A DNA stretch of 56,477 nt, counting the filler, from Nitrospirota bacterium (GTDB lineage: Bacteria > JACPQY01), in assembly GCA_016180645.1 (NCBI GenBank). It is 2 parts of 2 records of this genome, joined end to end, with 100 filler letters (N's around TTAATTAATTAA, not from the genome) between each part and the next. Parts side by side here need not be neighbours in the genome. Positions count along the whole stretch, not along the records: positions 1 to 29,407 come from JACPAV010000043.1; 1 more part is not named here. One strand, 5' to 3'. Made by a program: the position numbers and the translations under genes. The notes under the pieces were generated by a model. That model was given only the letters and a program-made list of their open reading frames with translations. It was not told where the DNA came from and ran no database searches. Below are positions 1-9,313 of the stretch, piece after piece; within the stretch, counting starts at the first letter, position 1; every line of letters starts with the position of its first letter.

Positions 1-4
1 CGGC

Positions 5-3000
5 GTGCCTCCGTCCGTCACGGTCGAGCAGAACGGCGGACAAGCCGATCCCGCGAACACGCTCCCCGTCGTGTTCGACGTGACCTTCAGCGAATCGGTC
101 ACCGGCTTCGATCAGACCGATCTCACCTGGTCCGGCACCGCAACGGGCATCACCGCATCTGTGTCCGGTTCCGGAGCCACCTACACGATCAATGTGACCG
201 CCGTGACCGGCAACGGCACCCTGATCCCGGATATCGGCGTGGGCCTCGCTCTCGACGCCGCGGGCAACGGCAACACCGCCTCCAGCAGCACCGACAACAC
301 GGTCACGTATGACAACGTGGCCCCATCAGCCCCTGTCGTGGGCAGCTTGACCGTCACGATGAACGCCCCCGGCACAAACGACACCCTGTCCGGGGTAGCC
401 GCAGCCTTTGAGGCTGCGTCCACCGTCAAAGTTTACTCCGACGCCCTCTTGACGACTCTTATTGGCTCCGGACCGGCGGCCGGCGACGGGAGCCTGGCGC
501 CTATTTCAATCGGAGACAACCAGGCGGACGGCTCCGATCAAATCTACGTCACCGCCACCGACGCCGCGGGCAATCAGAGCACGTCCACGATCAAGATCAA
601 CGACGTGACCGCCCCGGCGGCGCCCACCGGCCTTACGCTCACGCAAAACGCTTCACCCACCGCCGACCAACTCTCCGGTGCGATCGGTGCCGTCGAAGCG
701 AGCGCCACCGTCAAGGTTTACTCGGACGTGGGTCTCACCACGCTCGTCAGTTCGTCCGCGGCCATCGCCGACGGTTCGTTTGCGGCCTTCAACGTCGGCG
801 ATAACGCCGCCGCGACCCTCTACGTCACGGCCACCGATGCCGGGGGCAACCCATCGACCTCCACGAGCGTGGCGAACGACATCACCGCTCCGGCCGCACC
901 CGTCCTGGGCAACCTCACGCTCACGCAGAATGCCCCCGGCGTCCAGGACCAACTCTCCGGCGCGATCGGCGCGGTTGAAGCCTCCGCGACGATCAAAGTT
1001 TACTCGGATGTGGGCCTCACGACTTTGGTCAGTTCGACTACCGCCATCGCCGACGGCTCATTCGCGGCTTTCAACGTCGGCGATAACGTCGCCGCGACCC
1101 TCTACGTCACCGCCGTCGACGCGGCCGGCAACCAGTCGGCTTCAACGAGCGTGGCCAACGACATCACGGCACCCGCCGCCCCGGTCCTGGGCAACCTCAC
1201 GCTCACGCAGAACGCCCCCGGCGTACAGGATCAACTCTCCGGCGCCATCGGCGCGGTTGAAGCATCGGCGACGGTCAAAGTTTACTCCGACGTTGGCTTA
1301 ACCACGCTGGTCAGTTCGACTACCGCCATCGCGGACGGCTCATTCGCCGCGTTCAATGTGGGGGATAATGCCGCTTCAACACTATACGTAACTGCAACAG
1401 ATGCGGCAGGCAACCAGAGCGCGTCCACCAGCGTCGCCAACGACATCACGGCGCCCGCCGCCCCCGTCGGCGCAAATCTTACCGTCACGATGAACGCCTC
1501 TCCCACGGCTGACCAGTTATCCGGGGCCGTCGGCGCGGTTGAAGGCTCCGCCACGGTAAAGGTTTATCAGGACGCTCTCCTCACCTCCCAGACCGGCACA
1601 ACCACCGCGGCAGCGGATGGAAGTTTCATTGCTTTCGGTATTGGTAACAACCTGGCGACGGCATCCGACCAGATCTACGTCACCGCCACCGACGCCACGG
1701 GTAACGTGAGCACAGCCACAATCATGACGAACGACGTAACCGCCCCCGCGGCGCCCACCGGCCTCACGCTCACACAGAACGCCTCCCCCACGGCCGATCA
1801 ACTCTCCGGCACCATCGGCGCGGTCGAAGCATCGGCCACGGTCAAGGTCTACTCGGATGTGGGTCTCACCACGCTCGTCAGCTCGACCGCCGCCATCGCC
1901 GATGGCTCGTTTGCCGCCTTCAACGTGGGCGACAACGCTGCCGCCACCCTTTACGTCACCGCGACCGACGCGGCGGGCAACGCGAGCACGGCCACCAGCG
2001 TGGCGAACGATATCACCGCTCCGGCCGCACCCGTCCTGGGCAATCTGACGCTTACGCAGAACGCACCCGGCACGGCGGACCAACTCTCCGGCGCGATCGG
2101 CGCGGTCGAAGCCTCCGCCACGGTCCAAGTTTACTCCGACGTGGGCCTGACAACGCTCGTCAGTTCCACCGCCGCGATTGCCGATGGCTCGTTTGCCGCC
2201 TTCAACGTGGGCGACAACGCTGCCGCCACCCTTTACGTCACCTCCGTTGATGCCGCGGGCAACCGGAGCAGCGACACCAGTCTGCCTAACGACATCGCCG
2301 CCCCCACGGACATGACGGCGAATTTCCAGTTCACGAACGCCTACAGCACCACCGGAAACAGCATCGACGTGTCCTGGACGGCCTTTTCGGACAACGTGGC
2401 CATCACCAATCACCGCCTGTTCACCTACACGGACGGCGCATGCACCACCGGCGCCGAGGTGCAGGCTTATGACGCGGCGGGCAACTCGACCACCAGCGCC
2501 TGTTCCTCCGATTCCATCATTGTCGACGCCGCCGCCCCCGCCGCTCCGGTCGCCGGAAGCCTCACCGTCGCGATGAATGGCCCCGGCGTGCAGGACCAAC
2601 TTTCCGGTTCCGTGGGCGCCGTTGAAGCGAGCGCCACCGTTAAAGTCTACTCCGACGGCCTCCTCACAACTCTGATCGGTTCCGGCAGCGCCATCGCGGA
2701 CGGCTCCTTTGTCGCCTTCAACATCGGCGATAATCAGTCAGATGGGTCGGATCTGATCTACGTCGTCGCCGTGGACGCCGCAACCAACCAGAGCGCCGTC
2801 ACCAGCAAAACAAACGACAAAACCCCGCCGACGTTCGCCGGCGCCGTGGTCGCCACAACAATTTCTACAACCGCCATCGATGTAATGTGGAATGCCGGTT
2901 CCGACGCCGTCACCGCCACGGGCAACCTCGTCTACGACATCTGCCAGTCCACAACTCCGGGAGGTTGCGCCACATTCACACCGACCTACACCAGCGCCGC

Positions 3001-6000
3001 CGGCGTCTCATTCCACAACGTCACCGGCTTGACCGCGGGCACCCGCTACTACTTCGTCGCCCGCGCCAAAGATCAGGCCGGCAACGCCGATACCAACAGC
3101 GTCGAAAAATCCGCCACCACCCAGTCCACCGGCATCATCCAGGCCGTTTCTGCCGGAGGCGGGACGCTGGGAGGCCACACCTGCTCGCTCATGAGCGATG
3201 GCACCGTTAGGTGCTGGGGAGACAACGATTATGGTCAGATTGGAGACGGTACCACCGCCGATACATCCTCACCTGTATCGGTTTCGGGTCTCACCCAGGG
3301 TGCGACGGTCTCCATCAGCGGTGGAAGCACGCATACTTGCGCTCTCGCCTTTGACGGCACAGCGAAGTGTTGGGGGCGCAACTTCAACGCCCAACTCGGG
3401 GATGGCACCTCAACAGACAGGCCGACTCCCGTGGCAGTCTCCACGCTGACCAGCGCGGTGATGATTGCGGCCGGCCAAGGCCACACGTGCGCGGTGCTCT
3501 CGGATGGATCGGCTCGATGCTGGGGCGCGAACAATTATGGCCAGGTCGGAGATGGAACTCTTTCGACCAGAACTACCCCCGTGGTGGTCACATCTCTAAC
3601 AAACGCGGTTTCCATATCGCCAGCCATCCTATCCTATTCTTGTGCCGTCATCTCAGACGGGACGGTCAAGTGCTGGGGGTATAACGGGAGCGGGCAACTG
3701 GGGGATGGGACGAATTCGGATAAATACACTCCCGTGGCGGTGAGCACCCTCACCGGCGCGGTTTCGGTCACAACCGCCAGCGGTGCTGGTGGGGGGTCGT
3801 CATGCGCTCTTCTCTCCGACGGCATGGTTCGGTGCTGGGGATATAACTACCACGGTCAACTCGGAGACGGAACAACGGTGAACACAACCACCCCGGTTGC
3901 CGTCAGTTCTCTCACCGGCGCGGTGGCCATCAATGGAGGCGAATACTACATATGCGCCCTCACGTCTGACGGGACGGTCAGGTGCTGGGGGTACAATGGT
4001 TACGGCCAACTCGGGGATGGGACGACAACAAACAAGCCCACCCCGGTTGCCGTCAGTTCTCTCACCGGCGCGGTGGCAGTCAGCGCAGGCAACGGACAAA
4101 CGTGTGCACTGCTTTCCGACGGGACGGTGAAATGCTGGGGCTTCGGTCAGTACGGTCAGCTTGGGGACGGAACCACCGCCAACCGCCTGACGCCCACCGC
4201 CGTCTCCATGCCCGCCGGCAACCTCGCCGTCATCTCCCCCAACCTCCACGAATCCACCGCCTCCGGCGCCCCCGCAAGACCGTTCCGGCAGGGCGTGGCG
4301 GGCGGCCAATACCATACCTGCTCGCTCGTTTCGGGCGGCACCATTCGGTGCTGGGGCCGAAATCTCAACGGTCAACTCGGCGAAGGTTCCACTACGGACA
4401 GCATTCTCCCGGTCGCGGTGTCGGCCCTTTCCTCGGCAGTCGATGTGGCTTCGGGCGAAGCTCACTCCTGCTCGCTCCTCTCCGACGGCACCGTGCGATG
4501 CTGGGGGTCGAACTCGGACGGCCAACTCGGCGACGGCTCCACCGCCCAAAACTCAGTGCCCGTCGCAGTCTCCGCCCTCTCAAGCGCTTTGGCCGTGGCG
4601 GCAGGGCAGGCGCACTCTTGCGCCCTGATTTCGGACGGCACCGCAAAGTGCTGGGGTGATAATGTAGTCGGTCAACTGGGCAACGGGACCTCAGTCGATT
4701 CCCTGTTCCCCGTGGTCGTCTCCGGATTGACCTCCGCCGTGGGCATTGAAACAGGCGACTCCCATACGTGCGCGGTTTCGTCGGATGGAATCGCCCGCTG
4801 CTGGGGATGGAATAATTTCGGCCAACTCGGCGATGGCACCACGGCGGATAAAATCTTCCCCACAATCGTGTCCGGCCTGACCAATGCCGCGTTGGTCTCA
4901 ACCGGCTGGAACCACACCTGCGCGATGCTGACGAACGGGACGGTGAAGTGTTGGGGCAAGAACGCACAAGGCCAGTTGGGAGATGGAACCAGCACGGATA
5001 AGCTTATCCCGAACGCCATCCCCGGTCTGATCGGCGTTACCGGGGTCAGCGCCGGACAAGACCACACGTGCGTCCTGAAATCGGATGGCGCGGCACGCTG
5101 CTGGGGATACAACGCCAACGGCCAGTTGGGAGACGGCTCAACGATCACGAGGCTTTCGCCGGTCATCGTCACCGGGATCACATCGGCTGTCGCCATCGAC
5201 GCCTCCAACAACCAGTATCACACCTGTGCGCTGATTGCGGACGGCAAGGTGAAATGCTGGGGGTACAATATCTACGGGCAGCTCGGCAACGGGAACACGA
5301 CGGATTCGCCCATCCCCGTCCTCGTCGATCTGAAACTCAACACCGCCGCACCCACGCCGCCCACGCTCACCTCCACCTCGCCGGCTTCGCCCTCGAACGC
5401 AACGACCACGCCCTTCATCATCGGCACAGCCCCCTCGGGCACAACCGTGAAATTGTACACGAACGGGACCTGCGCCTCCGCCATCGCCGCCTCCGGACCG
5501 GCCTCCAACTTTGCCTCACCGGGCCTCTCCGTCACCGTCACAGCCAACACAAGCACCACGTACTGGGCTACGGCCACGGATGGGGAGGGCAGGGTATCTA
5601 CGTGCTCATCCGGCAGCATCACGTACACGCACGACAACATCGCGCCCACCGATAACACCGCCAACCTCCAGTTCACGGCTGCGGTCAGCAACACCGGCAA
5701 CAATCTCGCCGTCACGTGGACGGCGTTCTCGGACACCAACCTTTCGGATCACAGGCTCGCGACCTACACGGACAGCGCCTGCACCGCGGGGTTTGTTGAC
5801 CACGGCTTCACCGGCTCCACCACCAACAGCGACAGCGTCATCATCGGTCCCCTGGCGAACGGTACCTACTGGGGCAAGGTGATAGCCTTTGATTCGGCCG
5901 GCAACTCGACTTCGAGCGCCTGCTCCACCGATTCAATCATCGTGGATGCGACCCCTCCGACTTTCTCCGGCATTGGAGGGACGACCGCCGTGTCGTCCAC

Positions 6001-8458
6001 TCAAATCGACCTCTCCTGGACCGCCGCGTCGGACACGATCACCGCCCAGGCGAACATCGTCTACGACATTTGCCAGACAACAACCTCCGGCGGCTGCTCG
6101 GCCTTCACCGCCACCTACATCTCGACCCCCGGCGCCGTGTCTTATAGCGTCACGGGCCTCACCACCGGCACGCGCTACTACTTCGTGGTGAGATCCCGCG
6201 ACGAAGCCGGCAACTCCGACACCAACACCGTCGAAAAATCCGCCCTCACGTGGTCCACCACCGGCGTCGCCCAAGCCGTCACCACCCACCTCGGCAACCA
6301 CACCTGTAGCCTGTCCGCCTCAGGCGGAGTGAAATGCTGGGGGTTCAATGGCTTCGGTCAGCTTGGGGACGGAACCACCGTCGATAAGACCACTCCGCTC
6401 ACCGTGAGCTCCTTGTCGAACGGTATCGCCGTCGCGGGGGGCTACTCACACACCTGTTCCCTTCTTTCCGACGGCACGGTGAAATGCTGGGGGCGCAATT
6501 TCTACGGCCAGCTTGGGGATGGGACGACGGCGGACAAATCGACCCCCGTGGCCGTGAGCAGCCTGTCTGGCGGTGTGGCCGTCGCGGCGGGCGCCCAGTC
6601 TCACACCTGTTCCCTTCTTTCCGACGGCACGGTGAAATGCTGGGGGCGCAATAACTACGGCCAGCTTGGGGACGGGACGACGGCGGATAAATTGACGCCG
6701 GTGACAGTTTCGAACCTGTCGAACGCCGTCGCCGCGGCGGTAGGTAACTCTCACACCTGTTCCCTGCTTTCCGACGGCACGGTGAAATGCTGGGGGTACA
6801 ATAACTATGGTCAGCTTGGGGATGGGACGACGGCGGACAAATCGATCCCTGTCGCTGTGTCCGCGCTGAGCGCGGCTGTAGCCGTCGCGGGGGGCTACTC
6901 ACACACCTGTTCCCTTCTTTCCGACGGCACGGTGAAGTGCTGGGGGTACAATGCCAACGGTGGGCTTGGGGACGGGACGACGGCGAATAAATCGACCCCC
7001 GTCGCTGTGTCCGCGCTGAGCGCGGCTGTAGCCGTCGCGGGGGGCTCCTATCACACCTGTTCCCTTCTTTCCGACGGCACGGTCAAATGCTGGGGATTCA
7101 ATACCTCCGGTCAGCTTGGGGATGGGACGACCGTGAATAAATCGACGCCCGTTTCCGTCACCTCTCTTTCCGGCGCGATCGCGGCCGCGGGAGGGTACGC
7201 TCACACCTGCTCACTTGTTTCGGACGGGACCGCAAAGTGCTGGGGCACCAACGGTTATGGCGAGCTTGGGGATGGGACGTCGGTGAACAAATCGACTCCC
7301 GTCGCCGTCAGTATGCCCGCCGGCCCGATGGGCGTCAAACTCCCCCGCCTCCACGAATCCACCGCCTCCGGCGCCTCCGCCCGCCCCTTCCGCGAAGGCA
7401 TCTCTGCCCACCTCGGCAGTCACACCTGCGCACTCATTTCCGACGGTACGGTCAAGTGCTGGGGCTACAATGTTGATGGTCAGCTTGGTGATGGCACCAC
7501 CACCAACCGGCTGACGCCTACTGCCGTGTCTTCACTTTCGAGCAGCTTGGCCGTCGCAGGCGGTGGCAACCATGCTTGTGCCCTCCTCTCAGACGGAACG
7601 GTCCAGTGCTGGGGGAAAAACCAATATGGTCAGCTCGGAGATGGAACGACCACGAACAGGACGACCCCCGTGGCCGTCTCGACGCTGAGCGCGGCGGTTG
7701 CCGTCGCGGGGGGCAGCAGCGGTCACACCTGTTCCCTTCTTTCCGACGGCACGGTCAAATGCTGGGGGCGCAATCTATATGGTCAACTTGGGGATGGGTA
7801 CTCTACCGACCGCCAAACCCCTGTCACTGTGACTTCTCTTTCAGGTGGCTTGACCCTCGCAGGGGGTCTCGATCACACTTGCGCGCTTCTTTCAGACGGA
7901 ACGGTCAAGTGTTGGGGGCGCAATCAAGTTTATCAACTTGGAGACGGCACCACCGCCAACCGCCTGACGCCCACTGCTGTATCTTCACTTTCGGGGGTCG
8001 TGGCCGTCGCGGCAGGGAGCCAGCACACTTGTTCTCTCCTCTCCGACGGCACGGCGAAATGCTGGGGATGGAACACCAATGGACAGCTTGGAGATGGAAC
8101 CGCCACCAACCGTCCCACCCCAACTTCAGTTTCTTCGCTCTCCGGCGTCATCGCGATAGCAGGCGGAGGAAATGCCAGCTACAGCCATACGTGTGCGCTC
8201 AAGTCGGATGGCACGGGATGGTGTTGGGGATTCAATAACTTTGGCCAGCTTGGCGATGGAACAACCGCGAGTAAGACCACTCCGATTGCCGTGTCAACCC
8301 TTGCCGGTGGCGTGGTGCTCACCGTGGGATCTGGCAGCACCTGCGCTGTCCTCTCGGACGGTTCGGCAAGATGCTGGGGGGGTAATGGTCAAGGTCAACT
8401 CGGCGACGGCACCACCACCACCCGCACCACCCCGGTTCCCGTGACCAATCTTCCGTGA
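5..8458 (+). CDS. Giant surface protein/adhesin (5'-partial): tandem ~95-aa Ig-like repeats, FN3-like domains and four RCC1/BLIP-II-type beta-propeller blocks
   Basis: 2817-aa ORF, open at the window edge. Repeated 'VTATDAAGN' Ig motifs, FN3 motif 'VTGLT.GTRYYFV', and ~50-aa 'HTC.LLSDGTVKCWG.N..GQLGDG' RCC1 repeats. Confidence 0.9.
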   Translation: MPPSVTVEQNGGQADPANTLPVVFDVTFSESVTGFDQTDLTWSGTATGITASVSGSGATYTINVTAVTGNGTLIPDIGVGLALDAAGNGNTASSSTDNTVTYDNVAPSAPVVGSLTVTMNAPGTNDTLSGVAAAFEAASTVKVYSDALLTTLIGSGPAAGDGSLAPISIGDNQADGSDQIYVTATDAAGNQSTSTIKINDVTAPAAPTGLTLTQNASPTADQLSGAIGAVEASATVKVYSDVGLTTLVSSSAAIADGSFAAFNVGDNAAATLYVTATDAGGNPSTSTSVANDITAPAAPVLGNLTLTQNAPGVQDQLSGAIGAVEASATIKVYSDVGLTTLVSSTTAIADGSFAAFNVGDNVAATLYVTAVDAAGNQSASTSVANDITAPAAPVLGNLTLTQNAPGVQDQLSGAIGAVEASATVKVYSDVGLTTLVSSTTAIADGSFAAFNVGDNAASTLYVTATDAAGNQSASTSVANDITAPAAPVGANLTVTMNASPTADQLSGAVGAVEGSATVKVYQDALLTSQTGTTTAAADGSFIAFGIGNNLATASDQIYVTATDATGNVSTATIMTNDVTAPAAPTGLTLTQNASPTADQLSGTIGAVEASATVKVYSDVGLTTLVSSTAAIADGSFAAFNVGDNAAATLYVTATDAAGNASTATSVANDITAPAAPVLGNLTLTQNAPGTADQLSGAIGAVEASATVQVYSDVGLTTLVSSTAAIADGSFAAFNVGDNAAATLYVTSVDAAGNRSSDTSLPNDIAAPTDMTANFQFTNAYSTTGNSIDVSWTAFSDNVAITNHRLFTYTDGACTTGAEVQAYDAAGNSTTSACSSDSIIVDAAAPAAPVAGSLTVAMNGPGVQDQLSGSVGAVEASATVKVYSDGLLTTLIGSGSAIADGSFVAFNIGDNQSDGSDLIYVVAVDAATNQSAVTSKTNDKTPPTFAGAVVATTISTTAIDVMWNAGSDAVTATGNLVYDICQSTTPGGCATFTPTYTSAAGVSFHNVTGLTAGTRYYFVARAKDQAGNADTNSVEKSATTQSTGIIQAVSAGGGTLGGHTCSLMSDGTVRCWGDNDYGQIGDGTTADTSSPVSVSGLTQGATVSISGGSTHTCALAFDGTAKCWGRNFNAQLGDGTSTDRPTPVAVSTLTSAVMIAAGQGHTCAVLSDGSARCWGANNYGQVGDGTLSTRTTPVVVTSLTNAVSISPAILSYSCAVISDGTVKCWGYNGSGQLGDGTNSDKYTPVAVSTLTGAVSVTTASGAGGGSSCALLSDGMVRCWGYNYHGQLGDGTTVNTTTPVAVSSLTGAVAINGGEYYICALTSDGTVRCWGYNGYGQLGDGTTTNKPTPVAVSSLTGAVAVSAGNGQTCALLSDGTVKCWGFGQYGQLGDGTTANRLTPTAVSMPAGNLAVISPNLHESTASGAPARPFRQGVAGGQYHTCSLVSGGTIRCWGRNLNGQLGEGSTTDSILPVAVSALSSAVDVASGEAHSCSLLSDGTVRCWGSNSDGQLGDGSTAQNSVPVAVSALSSALAVAAGQAHSCALISDGTAKCWGDNVVGQLGNGTSVDSLFPVVVSGLTSAVGIETGDSHTCAVSSDGIARCWGWNNFGQLGDGTTADKIFPTIVSGLTNAALVSTGWNHTCAMLTNGTVKCWGKNAQGQLGDGTSTDKLIPNAIPGLIGVTGVSAGQDHTCVLKSDGAARCWGYNANGQLGDGSTITRLSPVIVTGITSAVAIDASNNQYHTCALIADGKVKCWGYNIYGQLGNGNTTDSPIPVLVDLKLNTAAPTPPTLTSTSPASPSNATTTPFIIGTAPSGTTVKLYTNGTCASAIAASGPASNFASPGLSVTVTANTSTTYWATATDGEGRVSTCSSGSITYTHDNIAPTDNTANLQFTAAVSNTGNNLAVTWTAFSDTNLSDHRLATYTDSACTAGFVDHGFTGSTTNSDSVIIGPLANGTYWGKVIAFDSAGNSTSSACSTDSIIVDATPPTFSGIGGTTAVSSTQIDLSWTAASDTITAQANIVYDICQTTTSGGCSAFTATYISTPGAVSYSVTGLTTGTRYYFVVRSRDEAGNSDTNTVEKSALTWSTTGVAQAVTTHLGNHTCSLSASGGVKCWGFNGFGQLGDGTTVDKTTPLTVSSLSNGIAVAGGYSHTCSLLSDGTVKCWGRNFYGQLGDGTTADKSTPVAVSSLSGGVAVAAGAQSHTCSLLSDGTVKCWGRNNYGQLGDGTTADKLTPVTVSNLSNAVAAAVGNSHTCSLLSDGTVKCWGYNNYGQLGDGTTADKSIPVAVSALSAAVAVAGGYSHTCSLLSDGTVKCWGYNANGGLGDGTTANKSTPVAVSALSAAVAVAGGSYHTCSLLSDGTVKCWGFNTSGQLGDGTTVNKSTPVSVTSLSGAIAAAGGYAHTCSLVSDGTAKCWGTNGYGELGDGTSVNKSTPVAVSMPAGPMGVKLPRLHESTASGASARPFREGISAHLGSHTCALISDGTVKCWGYNVDGQLGDGTTTNRLTPTAVSSLSSSLAVAGGGNHACALLSDGTVQCWGKNQYGQLGDGTTTNRTTPVAVSTLSAAVAVAGGSSGHTCSLLSDGTVKCWGRNLYGQLGDGYSTDRQTPVTVTSLSGGLTLAGGLDHTCALLSDGTVKCWGRNQVYQLGDGTTANRLTPTAVSSLSGVVAVAAGSQHTCSLLSDGTAKCWGWNTNGQLGDGTATNRPTPTSVSSLSGVIAIAGGGNASYSHTCALKSDGTGWCWGFNNFGQLGDGTTASKTTPIAVSTLAGGVVLTVGSGSTCAVLSDGSARCWGGNGQGQLGDGTTTTRTTPVPVTNLP

Positions 8459-8482
8459 TTCGTTGCCCGTGGCTCGTGATTC

Positions 8483-8538
8483 GTAGCGTCCGGTTTCATA
8501 CCGGACGATCTTCCGCCCCGTGTAAAACGGGGCGCTAC
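8483..8538. repeat. GTAG...CTAC REP-like palindrome doublet (intergenic)
   Basis: GTAGCGTCCGG-tttcata-CCGGACG...CGCCCCG-tgtaaaa-CGGGGCGCTAC. Same family as the in-frame copy at 34376-34428. Confidence 0.75.
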
Positions 8539-8574
8539 GAGTTCTTCTTGCGCGCCACCCACCACTCGCCACTG

Positions 8575-8619
8575 ACCACGTCGCCCCCCACCCCCGTCCC
8601 CGTCATCAACCTGCCGTGA
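8575..8619 (+). pseudogene. Orphan duplicate of the last ~14 codons of the giant RCC1 gene
   Basis: Reads TTSPPTPVPVINLP* versus the gene end TTTRTTPVPVTNLP*. Confidence 0.65.
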
Positions 8620-8633
8620 GGCATGAAGAGAAT

Positions 8634-8704
8634 TGGGGTCAAGGCTTTACTTGCCATATCTAAATCCACCCCCGGGCCATGGGGTCAAGTCTTGAATTGG
8701 CATA
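8634..8704. repeat. Two 25-bp imperfect direct repeats (TGGGGTCAAG.CTT.A.TTG.CATA)
   Basis: Copies at 8634-8658 and 8680-8704, 21/25 identical, period 46 bp. Confidence 0.7.
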
Positions 8705-8759
8705 GGTTGGCGATTTCGCCCACCAACGAAGTCTACACCCCGCCCCTGCCTTGATGGCC

Positions 8760-8822
8760 TGACCTTCCATGGTCATGCGTGGGCAGGGACGGCGCCATCC
8801 TTGGCCCCGCCGATTCCGTGGC
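8760..8822 (-). other. Cluster of three ANGGA-loop hairpins (CsrA/RsmA-site-like)
   Basis: Minus strand reads GCC-ACGGAA-tcGGC, GCC-AAGGAT-GGC and TGACC-ATGGAA-GGTCA. Confidence 0.45.
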
Positions 8823-8846
8823 GTTCAGCCACGGCGCTCAACCCCA

Positions 8847-8875
8847 TTTACTTCCCATCCCCGCCCGCGTAGCAT
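8847..8875 (+). promoter_or_regulatory. Putative sigma70 promoter, leaderless transcript
   Basis: TTTACT-N17-TAGCAT, 6 nt before the ATG at 8882, with no SD sequence. Confidence 0.4.
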
Positions 8876-8881
8876 GTTCTT

Positions 8882-9277
8882 ATGAGCAAGCCGATTCGTC
8901 CTGTTCGCATCACAACCGCGAACGGCAAGAAAACCGTACTCCACGCCGTGGTGGATACGGGTTCGTTTCACACGATCGTAAGAAGCGATGTGCTTCCAGC
9001 GGGGACGCCGATCCACCCCTCCGTGATCGCAAAACAACTCCGGACGGCAGGGAAAGGCGGAAAAGTACGCATCAGCGGAGGCACGTACCTGGTGCTCTTG
9101 CTTGAAGGCAAGCTGATTGACACCCACGCGCTCGTTTCGCCGGACCTCCATCAACCCATGATCATCGGAGCAGGAACCATGCAGATGTGGGATGTCAGTG
9201 TTCTCAACAAGAACGGAGATACACAGGTACGCGTCGGCCGCGACATGCGTGATCCTGAAATCACCGAAGTCGACTGA
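8882..9277 (+). CDS. Small retropepsin-like (clan AA) aspartic protease
   Basis: 131 aa with catalytic 'AVVDTGS' and a downstream 'IIG' motif. Confidence 0.8.
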   Translation: MSKPIRPVRITTANGKKTVLHAVVDTGSFHTIVRSDVLPAGTPIHPSVIAKQLRTAGKGGKVRISGGTYLVLLLEGKLIDTHALVSPDLHQPMIIGAGTMQMWDVSVLNKNGDTQVRVGRDMRDPEITEVD

Positions 9278-9313
9278 CCGAATACGGACAGGAGACGCGG
9301 CGCGGGCGCGGAG

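Noticed and set aside
6440..7300. Diversity-generating retroelement behind the RCC1 blade variation (many NNC/NNT codons could derive from AAY)
   Set aside because: No reverse transcriptase or template repeat in the window, third-position C/T is expected from codon bias, and other blades vary outside this pattern.
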